A stretch of DNA of 64,000 nucleotides from an uncultured Pseudomonadales bacterium. Lineage in GTDB: Bacteria > Patescibacteriota > Microgenomatia > UBA1400 > PJMF01. The translations under genes were made by a program, and so were the position numbers. Shown here one piece after another: positions 45,703-54,661 of the stretch; the stretch's first letter is position 1, and every line of letters begins with the position of its first letter. The stretch lies in NCBI GenBank assembly GCA_964393205.1, contig CAYMSV010000001.1, forward strand, positions 5,841 to 69,840, read 5' to 3'. Under the pieces are notes generated by a model, which was not told the DNA's origin, ran no database searches, and saw only the letters and a program-made list of their open reading frames with translations.

Positions 45703-47031
45703 ATGAATAATTATCAAGTTTTAGAAGAATTGGACCATCATACAGAGAATTATATGTTTAAGCAAAAAAAAACTTCATTAAAGTTATTAACTAATTTAAT
45801 TGCTATTCTTTTAATTTTAATATTGGGAGTGATTATTGGTTATCGCTACGCCATTGGCAACTTACCCTTTGGATTAAGATTAGGCTTTTTAGATCAATTA
45901 GCTCAAACTCAAAGAAGCGAGGATTTAACTCGTTTAATGCAAAGTTCTCAACAAGCTCCGGTTTCAATGGATGTTTTTTGGGAAGTTTGGCAAATTGTTG
46001 AACGTGATTATTTAGATTCAAGCAAAATAGATTATTCTAAAATGATGGATGGGGCGATTTCTGGTATGGTTTGGGGTTTAGAAGATCCTTATACAGCTTA
46101 TTTACCTCCAGAGGATAATGAAAAGGCTGGTGAAGATCTGGCAGGTAGTTTTTATGGAACTGGCATTGAGCTTGGTTATATTGAAGGTGTGGTAGGGGTA
46201 ATTGCTCCTTTGTCTGGCAGTCCCGCTGAGAAAGCTGGTATTAGGGCTGGAGATATGATTTTGCGCGTTAAAGACGAAGCAGCTGGTTTAGATGAAGAAA
46301 CTAATACTTGGACTCTGGATAAGGCTGTTAAAAATATCCGTGGTCCAAAAGGATCGGTTATTACTTTGACTGTTTATCAGCCAGGTGACAATGATAGTCG
46401 TGAGGTGGAAATTATCCGAGATGAGATCGTTGTAGAAAGCGTTACCTTAGAATTTAAGGAATTTGAGGGTAAAACTCTAGCTCACCTCGAGCTTAGTCGT
46501 TTTGGTGATCGTACTTTGGAGGAGTGGGACAGTGCAGTGCAATCAATTTTAAGTAAATGGAATAATCGAGAAATAGCTGGTGTAGTCTTCGATTTACGCA
46601 ACAACCCCGGTGGTTATTTTGATATTTCTATCAAAGTAGCCAGCGATTTTATCCAAAAGGGAGTAATAGTTTCACAAAAGAGCAAATATAATCAAAGAGA
46701 TTTTGCAACTACTGGCAAAGCTAGGTTAGCAGAAGTTCCAACTGTAGTTTTAGTTAACAAGGGCAGTGCTAGTTCTAGTGAGATTGTAGCTGCGGCCCTT
46801 CGTGATGATCTGGGTATGAAATTAATTGGCGAGAAAACTTTTGGTAAGGGTACTGTTCAAGACAGACGAGAATTAAGTAATGGTGGTGGTTTGCACGTCA
46901 CTGTTGGTCGTTGGCTAACTCCAGCTGGTAATTGGATTGATGATGATGGTTTGACCGTTGATATCGAAGTCGAACAAAATTACGAAACAGAAGAGGATGA
47001 AGTTTTACAGAGAGCGGCTGAAGAATTTTAA
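45703..47031 (+). CDS. ctpA: carboxyl-terminal processing protease (S41, PDZ domain)
   Basis: PDZ GIRAGDMILRV, S41 catalytic region DLRNNPGGYF and KTFGKGTVQ; start codon uncertain (45685, 45703 or 45754). Confidence 0.85.
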   Translation: MNNYQVLEELDHHTENYMFKQKKTSLKLLTNLIAILLILILGVIIGYRYAIGNLPFGLRLGFLDQLAQTQRSEDLTRLMQSSQQAPVSMDVFWEVWQIVERDYLDSSKIDYSKMMDGAISGMVWGLEDPYTAYLPPEDNEKAGEDLAGSFYGTGIELGYIEGVVGVIAPLSGSPAEKAGIRAGDMILRVKDEAAGLDEETNTWTLDKAVKNIRGPKGSVITLTVYQPGDNDSREVEIIRDEIVVESVTLEFKEFEGKTLAHLELSRFGDRTLEEWDSAVQSILSKWNNREIAGVVFDLRNNPGGYFDISIKVASDFIQKGVIVSQKSKYNQRDFATTGKARLAEVPTVVLVNKGSASSSEIVAAALRDDLGMKLIGEKTFGKGTVQDRRELSNGGGLHVTVGRWLTPAGNWIDDDGLTVDIEVEQNYETEEDEVLQRAAEEF

Positions 47032-47037
47032 AGATAC

Positions 47038-48042
47038 TTATTCTTTTAAATAAGCTCTAAATCCAGCAATGACGGTCTCAAGTTTGCCCTCTAGAACTTC
47101 ACTTAAACCGTGCCAGGATTGTTTAATCCGATGATCAGTGACTCGATTTTGAGGAAAATTGTAGGTTTTAATTTTTTCAGCTCGCATACTACGTCCAATG
47201 CTTTCTCTAGCAGAACCAATAGCTGCTTCTTTTCTTTCCTCTTCAATTTCCCAAAGCTTAGCTCTAAGTAATTCTAGGGCAATTTGGCGATTTTGCACTT
47301 GTTTACGCTCGCTTCTAGCGACTACCACTATGCCGCTGGGAATGTGAGTTAAGCGAACCGCTGAACTAGTTTTGTTAACTGATTGACCACCAGCACCACT
47401 AGCGCGCATAAATTGTAATTCTAAATCCTCGTCTTTTATTTCAATAGCTTTGGCGTGAATTTCTGGCAAAACAGCTACAGAAGCCGTAGAGGTATGTAAA
47501 CGGCCTTGAGATTCAGTGCTAGGCACACGTTGCACTCGATGTACACCAGCTTCAAAACGCAGTAGATTAAAGGCACTCAACTGCTCTGTTTCTTCAGTTT
47601 CAACTAACTCTTCAGTCTTATTTTCTTTTGTTAGTTGAAAGATGGGTAATTGAGCATTACCCTTAACTTTAAATACCAAATCATCAATTAATTCAATTTT
47701 TAAATTATGATTAAAACAGAATTTTTGATACATGCGCATTAACTCACTTGCCCATATCTTGGCTTCATCACCGCCAGCTCCAGCGCGAATTTCTATAATA
47801 GCGTTAGATTTTTTAATTTCTTGAGAAGAATTATCTTCTTGAGATTCTTGATCTTCTTGCAGTGCTGTTGCCGCTGATTCTAGAGTTTTTAGTTCTGTCT
47901 CTAGTTGATCAATTTCTTCTTGAACTAGCTTTTGCATTTTAGGGTCAGCAAAACTTGGGTCACTCAATAAATTTTGATTGTTTTTTAATTGTTCTTTGCA
48001 GCGCTCAATAGCAGCGCTGTATGGATTAAGTTGTTTTGTCAT
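47038..48042 (-). CDS. prfA: peptide chain release factor 1
   Basis: Codon-recognition motif PST in VQRVPSTESQGRLHTS (RF1 PxT type), GGQ motif SGAGGQSVNKT. Confidence 0.85.
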   Translation of the reverse strand: MTKQLNPYSAAIERCKEQLKNNQNLLSDPSFADPKMQKLVQEEIDQLETELKTLESAATALQEDQESQEDNSSQEIKKSNAIIEIRAGAGGDEAKIWASELMRMYQKFCFNHNLKIELIDDLVFKVKGNAQLPIFQLTKENKTEELVETEETEQLSAFNLLRFEAGVHRVQRVPSTESQGRLHTSTASVAVLPEIHAKAIEIKDEDLELQFMRASGAGGQSVNKTSSAVRLTHIPSGIVVVARSERKQVQNRQIALELLRAKLWEIEEERKEAAIGSARESIGRSMRAEKIKTYNFPQNRVTDHRIKQSWHGLSEVLEGKLETVIAGFRAYLKE

Positions 48043-48117
48043 AACTGTGTATTTTTCATTATACCCAATAATAGCCTTCTTTAAGAAGGGCTTTCGTTTA
48101 AATTGAGAAGGGGAGAG

Positions 48118-48525
48118 CTAACTCTTTTTGTCAGTTGCTGTTGGTTTATCAGCTTTTACTGTTTTTTGATCAGCGCTAGCTTCTTTGTCTTTAACAGTTA
48201 CTGATTTTTTTAGATTTTTGATAGCTTGCTGCTGTTCTTGAAGAATTTGTTTGTAAGATTTAACAGGAGCATTTGTTTTTTGAGTAGCTTTTTTGGCAGT
48301 TTTTTTAGCCTTAGCGAGAGCTTCAGCAGTAGCTCGCTTTTTAATAAATTTATCAACTCGACCCTGACGATCAACAAATTTCATTTCACCAGTAAAAAAA
48401 GGATGACAAGCGCTACAAATATCTACGCTTAGCGTCTTATTCATTGATCCAGTAACGAAACTGTTTCCACAGCTACAAGTTACTACACAATCGTGGTGCC
48501 AATCTGGATGTATACCTTGTTTCAT
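48118..48525 (-). CDS. rpmE: 50S ribosomal protein L31 with Lys-rich C-terminal extension
   Basis: [12 protein letters not shown]...CSCG...[10 protein letters not shown] zinc-ribbon bL31 signature. Confidence 0.85.
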   Translation of the reverse strand: MKQGIHPDWHHDCVVTCSCGNSFVTGSMNKTLSVDICSACHPFFTGEMKFVDRQGRVDKFIKKRATAEALAKAKKTAKKATQKTNAPVKSYKQILQEQQQAIKNLKKSVTVKDKEASADQKTVKADKPTATDKKS

Positions 48526-48559
48526 AACGAACAGTGATTATAACATAAAAAATTGAGTG

Positions 48560-49828
48560 CTAAATAGTGGATTTATTTTTTTTATTTCTAACTGTTTCAA
48601 TTAGTGTTTGCAAATCTAATTCTTTTTGTTCGCCTGTATCTAGATTTTTAAGACTGATAAGGTTTTTATCTATTTCTTCACTACCAACGATTATCACCCA
48701 AGGGATATTCTTATCTTGTGCTAACTTAAATTGTTTACCAATCTTATCTTTTTCCAGATAAATTTCAGTGCTTATGTCAGCTGATCTCAAATTTTTACTT
48801 ATTTCTAAAGCTTTTTTTTGACAAGTATCATCGTCAAAAATACTGATTAAAACTTGAGCACTAGGCTCAGATTTTAATTGTTTTTTTTCTTTAATTAACT
48901 CAACAATTCTATCAAAACCTAAACCAAATCCTACAGCCGGCATATCTAAACCTGATAATTCTTCAATCAAATTATCATAGCGACCTCCAGCTCCTAAGCT
49001 ACCACTACCATATTTAGCAATTTTTCCTTCAAAAATTAAGCCAGTATAGTAATCTAAACCACGAGCTATTTTTGGGTTAAAAACGAGAGCTTCCTGAGGC
49101 ACTCCTAGTTCTATGGTTTTTTGTTCAATTTTTATTAAACTTTCTGATTTATCAATATTATTTAATCTAGAAAAAATTGACTCAACCACTTGTCGATTAA
49201 GGCCTTTGGCTATCAGCTCATTAGTGACTTCTTCGGGTGATAATTTATCTAGTTTATCAATACTTTGAATAATAGATAAAACAGAAACTCGCTCTTTGGC
49301 GAATTCGCTAAAACTATCAAGCAAAAGTTGTCGATCGTTATACTCGATTTTAATATCAACCAAACCTAAGCTTTTAAAAATATCATAAAAAACAGCTAAG
49401 ATTTCTGCATCAGCTAGAGGAGAGCGACTGCCAAAAATATCAGCATCACATTGTATAAACTCCCGATAGCGGCCTCGTTGAGGTTTGTCTGCTCGAAAAA
49501 CGCTTTGAATTTGAAAGCGGCGCAAATATTTAGGCAATTCATTTTGATAGTTAGCTAGTACTCTAGCTGTGGGTACGGTTTGGTCATAACGCAAGCCAAG
49601 TTTTCGGCCACCTCGATCAGTAAAGGTGTAGAGTAATTTATCTGCTTCTTCACCATATTTGCCCAATAGTAAACTAGCGTACTCTAGAGTAGGAGTTTCA
49701 AAAGGCACAAAAGCAAAACGCTTAAAACTATCCCGAATGATAGAGCGTACTTTTTCTCTCAAACTGGCTTCTGTTGGTAAAAAATCACGAAAGCCCTTGA
49801 GTGTTTGTAACTGATTATTCTTTTTCAT
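48560..49828 (-). CDS. hisS: histidyl-tRNA synthetase
   Basis: Class II motifs: LKGFRDFLP, YTFTDRGGRKLGLRYDQTVP, RRFQIQSVFRADKPQRGRYREF; C-terminal anticodon-binding domain present. Confidence 0.9.
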   Translation of the reverse strand: MKKNNQLQTLKGFRDFLPTEASLREKVRSIIRDSFKRFAFVPFETPTLEYASLLLGKYGEEADKLLYTFTDRGGRKLGLRYDQTVPTARVLANYQNELPKYLRRFQIQSVFRADKPQRGRYREFIQCDADIFGSRSPLADAEILAVFYDIFKSLGLVDIKIEYNDRQLLLDSFSEFAKERVSVLSIIQSIDKLDKLSPEEVTNELIAKGLNRQVVESIFSRLNNIDKSESLIKIEQKTIELGVPQEALVFNPKIARGLDYYTGLIFEGKIAKYGSGSLGAGGRYDNLIEELSGLDMPAVGFGLGFDRIVELIKEKKQLKSEPSAQVLISIFDDDTCQKKALEISKNLRSADISTEIYLEKDKIGKQFKLAQDKNIPWVIIVGSEEIDKNLISLKNLDTGEQKELDLQTLIETVRNKKNKSTI

Positions 49829-49853
49829 AAAATTCCTTTATATATTTATTGTA

Positions 49854-49880
49854 CAAAAAAATCCCCGTTATCAGGGGATT
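49854..49880 (-). terminator. intrinsic terminator of the hisS attenuator (AAUCCCC-UGAUAAC-GGGGAUU + U6), 26 nt upstream of the hisS start codon
   Basis: Plus strand atcccc(49861-66)/ggggat(49874-79) with A run 49855-60; an identical GGGGAU at 49914-19 can pair with the same 5' arm as an antiterminator. Confidence 0.7.
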
Positions 49881-49921
49881 AATTATTATTTGCTCATTTA
49901 AGCAATACAAAACATCCCCTC

Positions 49922-49972
49922 TTACGAGTGGTGATGATGAACTGCTAAAGTTTGAGCAATTAATTTTTGCAT
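49922..49972 (-). CDS. hisS leader peptide MQKLIAQTLAVHHHHS
   Basis: Hand-translated minus-strand ORF ATG CAA AAA TTA ATT GCT CAA ACT TTA GCA GTT CAT CAT CAC CAC TCG TAA; four consecutive His codons; stop is 2 nt before antiterminator arm. Confidence 0.65.
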   Translation of the reverse strand: MQKLIAQTLAVHHHHS

Positions 49973-49981
49973 CAGAGGAAT

Positions 49982-50010
49982 ATTATATGTTTTTTAGGCC
50001 CATTAGTCAA
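49982..50010 (-). promoter_or_regulatory. near-consensus sigma-70 promoter TTGACT-N17-TATAAT driving the His leader (leaderless, 9 nt to ATG)
   Basis: Minus-strand hexamers are reverse complements of plus agtcaa(50005-10) and attata(49982-87). Confidence 0.65.
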
Positions 50011-50070
50011 ACAATTATTTGTTATAATTTGCTTGGATTGAGCTCTTAAGTTTAATCTTTAATAAAAAAC

Positions 50071-50144
50071 GGGCCTGTAGCTCAGTTGGCTAGAGCGCTG
50101 CATTCGCATTGCAGAGGTCAGGGATTCGATTTCCCTCAGGTCCA
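50071..50144 (+). tRNA. tRNA-Ala (anticodon CGC)
   Basis: Cloverleaf folded by hand: acceptor GGGCCTG/CAGGTCC with G3:U70 Ala identity pair, anticodon loop TT-CGC-AT, T-loop TTCGATT, discriminator A; no encoded CCA. Confidence 0.9.
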
Positions 50145-50846
50145 CTAATTGGCTAAATCTACCAAGGCTTTGATACTGCTCACAAGCCACTGTCCGTCTG
50201 TTTTAGCGGTAGCGACAATTAGACATTGAAGGTCAGAGTAGAGATCTCTAAGGCTTATTTCATCTCCATTATCATCAAAATATTGAGTGTTTTTATCTAA
50301 TAAAAAGTTCAAATCACTTTCTCCAGTTCGAGAATCAAATAATAAATTATTAGAATAGAGTTCAGTAATGCTGCCGATTGTTATTTTTCGATCTTCTTGA
50401 GTAAAGTCTGTTTCTGTTAATAAAATTCTTTTAGGAACAGAAACATCCTTTTCAACTACACTATAAACAATAACCCAGTCATCAACTGCAATTTCATCAA
50501 GTTCAATTTCTTCTTCTTTTTTAACAATTTCTAAATCTTCAGTTAGTGGAACCACAATATTATTTTGATTATTAAGAACAGTGAGAGTTTCTGCACTAAC
50601 TCTTTTGACTTGAGCGAGATAAGCTTGTTTAAGCTGTGTTGGTTGTTGATCGTTTTGACCTAGTTCAACCTGTTTGTCTTGGATGACTTTCTTGATATTT
50701 GAGATAGTAGATTCCTCAGTAGCTTCTGACTCAGTCTGGGCATTAATCATGGGTATAGCAAAAAACAACGAAATCATGATAAAAAAACCAGTGATCAAAT
50801 AAAAGTTTTGCGATTTAAAGAATTGTTTATTGTTTAATTTTGACAT
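50145..50846 (-). CDS. membrane-anchored/secreted hypothetical protein
   Basis: Start at internal Met (MSKLNN..) gives tandem non-overlapping arrangement; TM helix then Glu/Thr-rich region. Confidence 0.4.
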   Translation of the reverse strand: MSKLNNKQFFKSQNFYLITGFFIMISLFFAIPMINAQTESEATEESTISNIKKVIQDKQVELGQNDQQPTQLKQAYLAQVKRVSAETLTVLNNQNNIVVPLTEDLEIVKKEEEIELDEIAVDDWVIVYSVVEKDVSVPKRILLTETDFTQEDRKITIGSITELYSNNLLFDSRTGESDLNFLLDKNTQYFDDNGDEISLRDLYSDLQCLIVATAKTDGQWLVSSIKALVDLAN

Positions 50847-50847
50847 C

Positions 50848-51354
50848 TTAGTTATCTTCTGTTTCTTCTTCGTTTGCTTCTTCTTCAGTTGTTTCTTGAT
50901 TGTCATTATTGCTTTGACTAAAGTCTTCATTGAGAAAATCAGCGTCAACAATGACTGTTCGAGTGGCTTGATTAAGCAAGCCGTCTTGATTAATGCTGTA
51001 GATTTTCAAAACATTAGCGCCCTGATCCAATCTGACTTCTTTTGAAAAATTACCAGATTCATCTGCACTGCTAATCACTTCCTCATTATTAACAAAAACA
51101 ACTACAAAATTATTAGCATTGGTATTACCACTAACGATGAGACGTTGACTATCGGTAATGAGGTTATCTTCAGGAGAAGTAATGGCCAATTGGCTATTAT
51201 CTTCATTTTCATCCAAAACGGGGTTTTTTATTACGTCTTGAACCTGATCCTTTTGAGCGTCACTGATGTTACGACGGCTTTGGTAAACTCCAAAAGTAAT
51301 TAAAAGACCTAAGCTGATACCTATAACAACTGCTAAAAGAACTTCTTTTCGCAT
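50848..51354 (-). CDS. secreted hypothetical protein with acidic C-terminus
   Basis: Signal/TM MRKEVLLAVVIGISLGLLITFGVY; no motif recognised. Confidence 0.4.
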   Translation of the reverse strand: MRKEVLLAVVIGISLGLLITFGVYQSRRNISDAQKDQVQDVIKNPVLDENEDNSQLAITSPEDNLITDSQRLIVSGNTNANNFVVVFVNNEEVISSADESGNFSKEVRLDQGANVLKIYSINQDGLLNQATRTVIVDADFLNEDFSQSNNDNQETTEEEANEEETEDN

Positions 51355-51427
51355 AATACTATTATAATTGAAGAGACATCCTATGTTAAATCTTGTAAAA
51401 TGTCAACTTTAACGGTAATATGCGAAT

Positions 51428-52087
51428 ATGCAAATTAGTTATCATGGACATTCCTGTTTCAGATTAAAAGGCAAGAACGGAACGGTGGTTACCGATCCCT
51501 ACAGTGAAGAGGGGGTGTATGGCATTAGTATGCCGAAACTAACAGCTGATTTAGTGACGGTTTCTCATCAGCATCGAGGTCACAATGCCATCGAAAAAAT
51601 TAAGGCCTCAGCTAATCGTAAAAAACCATTTATTATAGACTTTCCTGGAGAATATGAGGTTGGTGGAATTAGCGTTTTTGGCACGAAAACTTTTCATGAT
51701 AAACAGGCTGGAAAAGAGCGTGGCAGCAATTTGATTTTTACAATTTTAATTGATGGAATTACGGTTTGTCACTTAGGTGATTTAGCTCACCCTTTAAGTG
51801 ATGAACAGCTAAAAAATCTTTCTTCAATTGATGTTTTATTTTTACCCGTTGGTGGCCCTAGTTCTATTATGGGTGAGGAAGCGGTTAAATTAGCTCAAGC
51901 TATTAGTCCTAATTATCTAATACCAATGCATTATGCTGATGCTGCTTATCCTAAAGATGCTCCTTTGAAAAAAATTGAAGACTTTTTTCAAGTTTATGGA
52001 AATACTGTTGAAGCTGAAGAAAAGTTAAATGTCGAAAAGGATCGTTTACCAGACGAAATGCAATTAGTAGTTTTATCTCGTAGTTAG
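51428..52087 (+). CDS. MBL-fold metal-dependent hydrolase (UPF0173-like)
   Basis: MQISYHGHSCFRLKG...VSHQHRGHN beta-lactamase-fold pattern. Confidence 0.65.
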   Translation: MQISYHGHSCFRLKGKNGTVVTDPYSEEGVYGISMPKLTADLVTVSHQHRGHNAIEKIKASANRKKPFIIDFPGEYEVGGISVFGTKTFHDKQAGKERGSNLIFTILIDGITVCHLGDLAHPLSDEQLKNLSSIDVLFLPVGGPSSIMGEEAVKLAQAISPNYLIPMHYADAAYPKDAPLKKIEDFFQVYGNTVEAEEKLNVEKDRLPDEMQLVVLSRS

Positions 52088-52088
52088 T

Positions 52089-53420
52089 ATGGCCAATAAA
52101 CTTGATCCCAAAACACCACCCCATGATTTACAGGCCGAAGAATCAGTTTTGGCAGCAATTTTGATTGATAAAGATGCAATTTTGCGAGTTTCAGAAATTT
52201 TAATAGCCAAATCTTTTTATAGTGCAGCTAATCGAGCTATATATCAAGCTATGCTTGATTTATATGATAATCGTCAACCAATTGATGTTATTACCTTAAA
52301 AAACCAGTTAAAAAAGCATAAAAAACTTAGTCAAGCTGGAGGTGTATCTGGTATTAGTAGGTTGTCCAACTTATTATCAACCAGTGCTAATGTAAAAAAC
52401 TATGCTGATGTAGTGAGAGAAAAATACGTTAAACGAGAGTTAATTGCTCTGTCTAATGATGTGGCCAATTTGGCTTTTGATGACGCTAAAGAAGTTAGTC
52501 AGATTTTAGATACTGCCGAAAAATCAGTAATGGAGATTTCCCAAACTCACGCACGCAAAGATTTTTTGCCGGTCAAACATACTTTAGTTGAAAGCTTTGA
52601 TCGTCTCGATGAATTGCAAAAAAGTGGTGGAGAACTACGAGGTATGCCATCTGGATTTGCTGAACTAGATAGAATGTTGGCTGGTTTTCAGAAATCCAAC
52701 CTAATTATTTTAGCTGCTAGACCAGGTACTGGTAAAACTGCTATGGCAGTCAATATTGCTCAATACTTAACAGTAGTGGCTAAGAAAAAAGTTGGCTTTT
52801 TTTCTTTGGAAATGAGTCGCGAAGAATTAGTTGATCGTTTGTTAACTAGTCAGGCAGATATTGATGCTTGGAAGTTAAAAACTGGTCGTTTAAATCAAGA
52901 AGATTTCGGCCGTTTATCTGATGCAATGGGTGTTTTAGCTGAAGCTAAACTTTTTATCGATGATACTCCTGGTCTCAGTATTTTTGAAATGCGCACTAAA
53001 GCCAGACGTCTAATGATGGAGCAAAATATAGATATGTTGGTGGTTGACTATCTGCAACTTGCTCATGGAGTTAATCGTGATAATAGGGTGCAAGAAGTCG
53101 GGGAAATTTCTCAGGGACTGAAGAATATTGCTCGTGAACTCAAAATACCTGTTTTGGCCTTAGCTCAGCTCTCTAGGGCAGTAGAACAAAGGGGAGAGCG
53201 ATCACCACAATTGTCAGATTTGCGTGAATCTGGCTCTATAGAGCAGGATGCTGACGTAGTGATGTTTTTGTATCGTAAAGATGAAGATTTGCGTGAATCT
53301 GTGACTTTGAAAATAGCTAAGCACCGTAATGGTAGTCTAGGAGATTTCGAGCTGTTCTTTAGAGGAGATCGAGTTCGTTTCTATGGAATGGAAATGCGTC
53401 GTACTCAAAGTCTTTCTTAA
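52089..53420 (+). CDS. dnaB: replicative DNA helicase DnaB
   Basis: Walker A ARPGTGKTAMAVNIA, DnaB N-terminal domain, RecA-like C-terminal domain; no intein. Confidence 0.9.
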   Translation: MANKLDPKTPPHDLQAEESVLAAILIDKDAILRVSEILIAKSFYSAANRAIYQAMLDLYDNRQPIDVITLKNQLKKHKKLSQAGGVSGISRLSNLLSTSANVKNYADVVREKYVKRELIALSNDVANLAFDDAKEVSQILDTAEKSVMEISQTHARKDFLPVKHTLVESFDRLDELQKSGGELRGMPSGFAELDRMLAGFQKSNLIILAARPGTGKTAMAVNIAQYLTVVAKKKVGFFSLEMSREELVDRLLTSQADIDAWKLKTGRLNQEDFGRLSDAMGVLAEAKLFIDDTPGLSIFEMRTKARRLMMEQNIDMLVVDYLQLAHGVNRDNRVQEVGEISQGLKNIARELKIPVLALAQLSRAVEQRGERSPQLSDLRESGSIEQDADVVMFLYRKDEDLRESVTLKIAKHRNGSLGDFELFFRGDRVRFYGMEMRRTQSLS

Positions 53421-53450
53421 AATTTATTTTGCTCGGGAATTTTTAGTATT

Positions 53451-53684
53451 TTAGCTTTGTGCAAAACCGAAGAGTAAGTAAATTAGACCTCCAGACAAGA
53501 CCATAAAAATCAAGAAAAAACCCAAATTAGCTTTAAGTTTTTTACTGGCTAAATCAGCATTAGGATTGTCCATGCTAATAATAATGATTAAGGATATCAC
53601 TAGCCAGATTAGACCTCTAATCACGATTGACCAGATACTGTTAACTGAGGTAGCTTGATGAACTAATTCTTTGATACTATCCAT
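53451..53684 (-). CDS. small 2-TM membrane protein
   Basis: 77 aa, two hydrophobic helices. Confidence 0.3.
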   Translation of the reverse strand: MDSIKELVHQATSVNSIWSIVIRGLIWLVISLIIIISMDNPNADLASKKLKANLGFFLIFMVLSGGLIYLLFGFAQS

Positions 53685-53714
53685 GTTTGTGTCTAATATA
53701 ATGACGCAATTTGC

Positions 53715-53744
53715 TTACAAAAACAAGTCTTTTTACGGTAGAAT
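53715..53744 (+). promoter_or_regulatory. promoter TTACAA-N18-TAGAAT upstream of tRNA-Leu
   Basis: Hexamers read from sequence, about 26 nt before the tRNA 5' end. Confidence 0.4.
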
Positions 53745-53770
53745 ATACAAGCTTAAACTAAGAAGTCATC

Positions 53771-53854
53771 GCCGAGATGGCGGAATTGGTAGACGCGTAG
53801 GTCTCAAAAACCTATGAGGGCAACCTCATGAGGGTTCGATTCCCTCTCTCGGCA
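53771..53854 (+). tRNA. tRNA-Leu (anticodon CAA), type II with long variable arm
   Basis: Acceptor GCCGAGA/TCTCGGC perfect, anticodon stem TAGGT/ACCTA with loop CT-CAA-AA, long variable arm, T-loop TTCGATT, discriminator A. Confidence 0.9.
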
Positions 53855-53860
53855 CTATAT

Positions 53861-54661
53861 ATGTGGCCCACCATTATAAACATTGGTTCTTTTCGTTTAC
53901 AATCTCTAACTTTATTGGCGATTCTAGCTCTATTTTTTACTGCTTTTGTTTTTTGGCGTAAGGGCAAAGAAGAGCATTATGATTTGACAGAATTATTTGA
54001 TGCTTTCTTATTGTCTGGTTTTTTTGGGGTAGTTGTTGGGCGTTTAGCATTTGTTGTGTTTCATTGGGGAGTTTTTAAGGAAGACTGGTTGCAAATTTTC
54101 AATATTGTTCAGTCACCTGGAAATGAACCCTTGTTGGCTTTATCTGCTGCTGCCATTTATTTGTACTTTTTAGCTAAAAAACACAAATGGGATGCTTTTG
54201 AAGTTTTGGATTTTTGGGCAACCTCTATTAGTTTGGGGATGGTTTTTGTTTATCTTGGGTTTTTTCTAGCTGGTAGTTATGCTGGTCAGTTAACAAATGT
54301 GCCTTGGGGAGTAGTGATACCTGGAACTTTTGAGAAAAGTCATCCAGTTCAATTATATTTTATGTTATTTTATTTATTTCTTTTTAATTATTTGCTTAAA
54401 GTTGAGTATAAATACCGTACTTTTGACTGGTATCGGCGGGGCAAAAAAACTGCTCAATCTGGTTTTTTATTAGCCATGTTTTTAATATTAACTGGCTTCT
54501 TTTATTTGCTAATGAGCATGTTGTCTTTGCCTGGAATGGTAGTGCGGGGCAGAGTAATTGATCCTTTTATTTATATTTTAGTTTTGTTAATTGGTTTAAT
54601 ACTTTTATTTTATCGTTCTGGTCGCTCTCTTAAAACTAAAAGGAAAAGACCAATTAGATGA
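53861..54661 (+). CDS. lgt: prolipoprotein diacylglyceryl transferase
   Basis: Polytopic; HPVQLY matches Lgt HP(T/S)QLYE signature; ATG 53861, 7 nt after the tRNA (track start 53828 lies inside the tRNA). Confidence 0.75.
   Translation: MWPTIINIGSFRLQSLTLLAILALFFTAFVFWRKGKEEHYDLTELFDAFLLSGFFGVVVGRLAFVVFHWGVFKEDWLQIFNIVQSPGNEPLLALSAAAIYLYFLAKKHKWDAFEVLDFWATSISLGMVFVYLGFFLAGSYAGQLTNVPWGVVIPGTFEKSHPVQLYFMLFYLFLFNYLLKVEYKYRTFDWYRRGKKTAQSGFLLAMFLILTGFFYLLMSMLSLPGMVVRGRVIDPFIYILVLLIGLILLFYRSGRSLKTKRKRPIR

Noticed and set aside
48043-48117. Terminator between rpmE and prfA
   Set aside because: The AGCCTTC/GAAGGGCT hairpin is imperfect and is not followed by a U tract on the transcribed strand. A TATAAT for prfA is more convincing; left uncalled.
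49881-50000. T-box riboswitch upstream of hisS
   Set aside because: No T-box consensus (AGGGUGGNACCGCG) or specifier-loop architecture. A leader peptide with His codons plus a simple terminator/antiterminator is present instead.
49849-50049. Track ORF 49849..50049 (+), 66 aa
   Set aside because: It lies antisense to the hisS leader peptide, antiterminator and promoter; the minus-strand attenuator explains this DNA far better.
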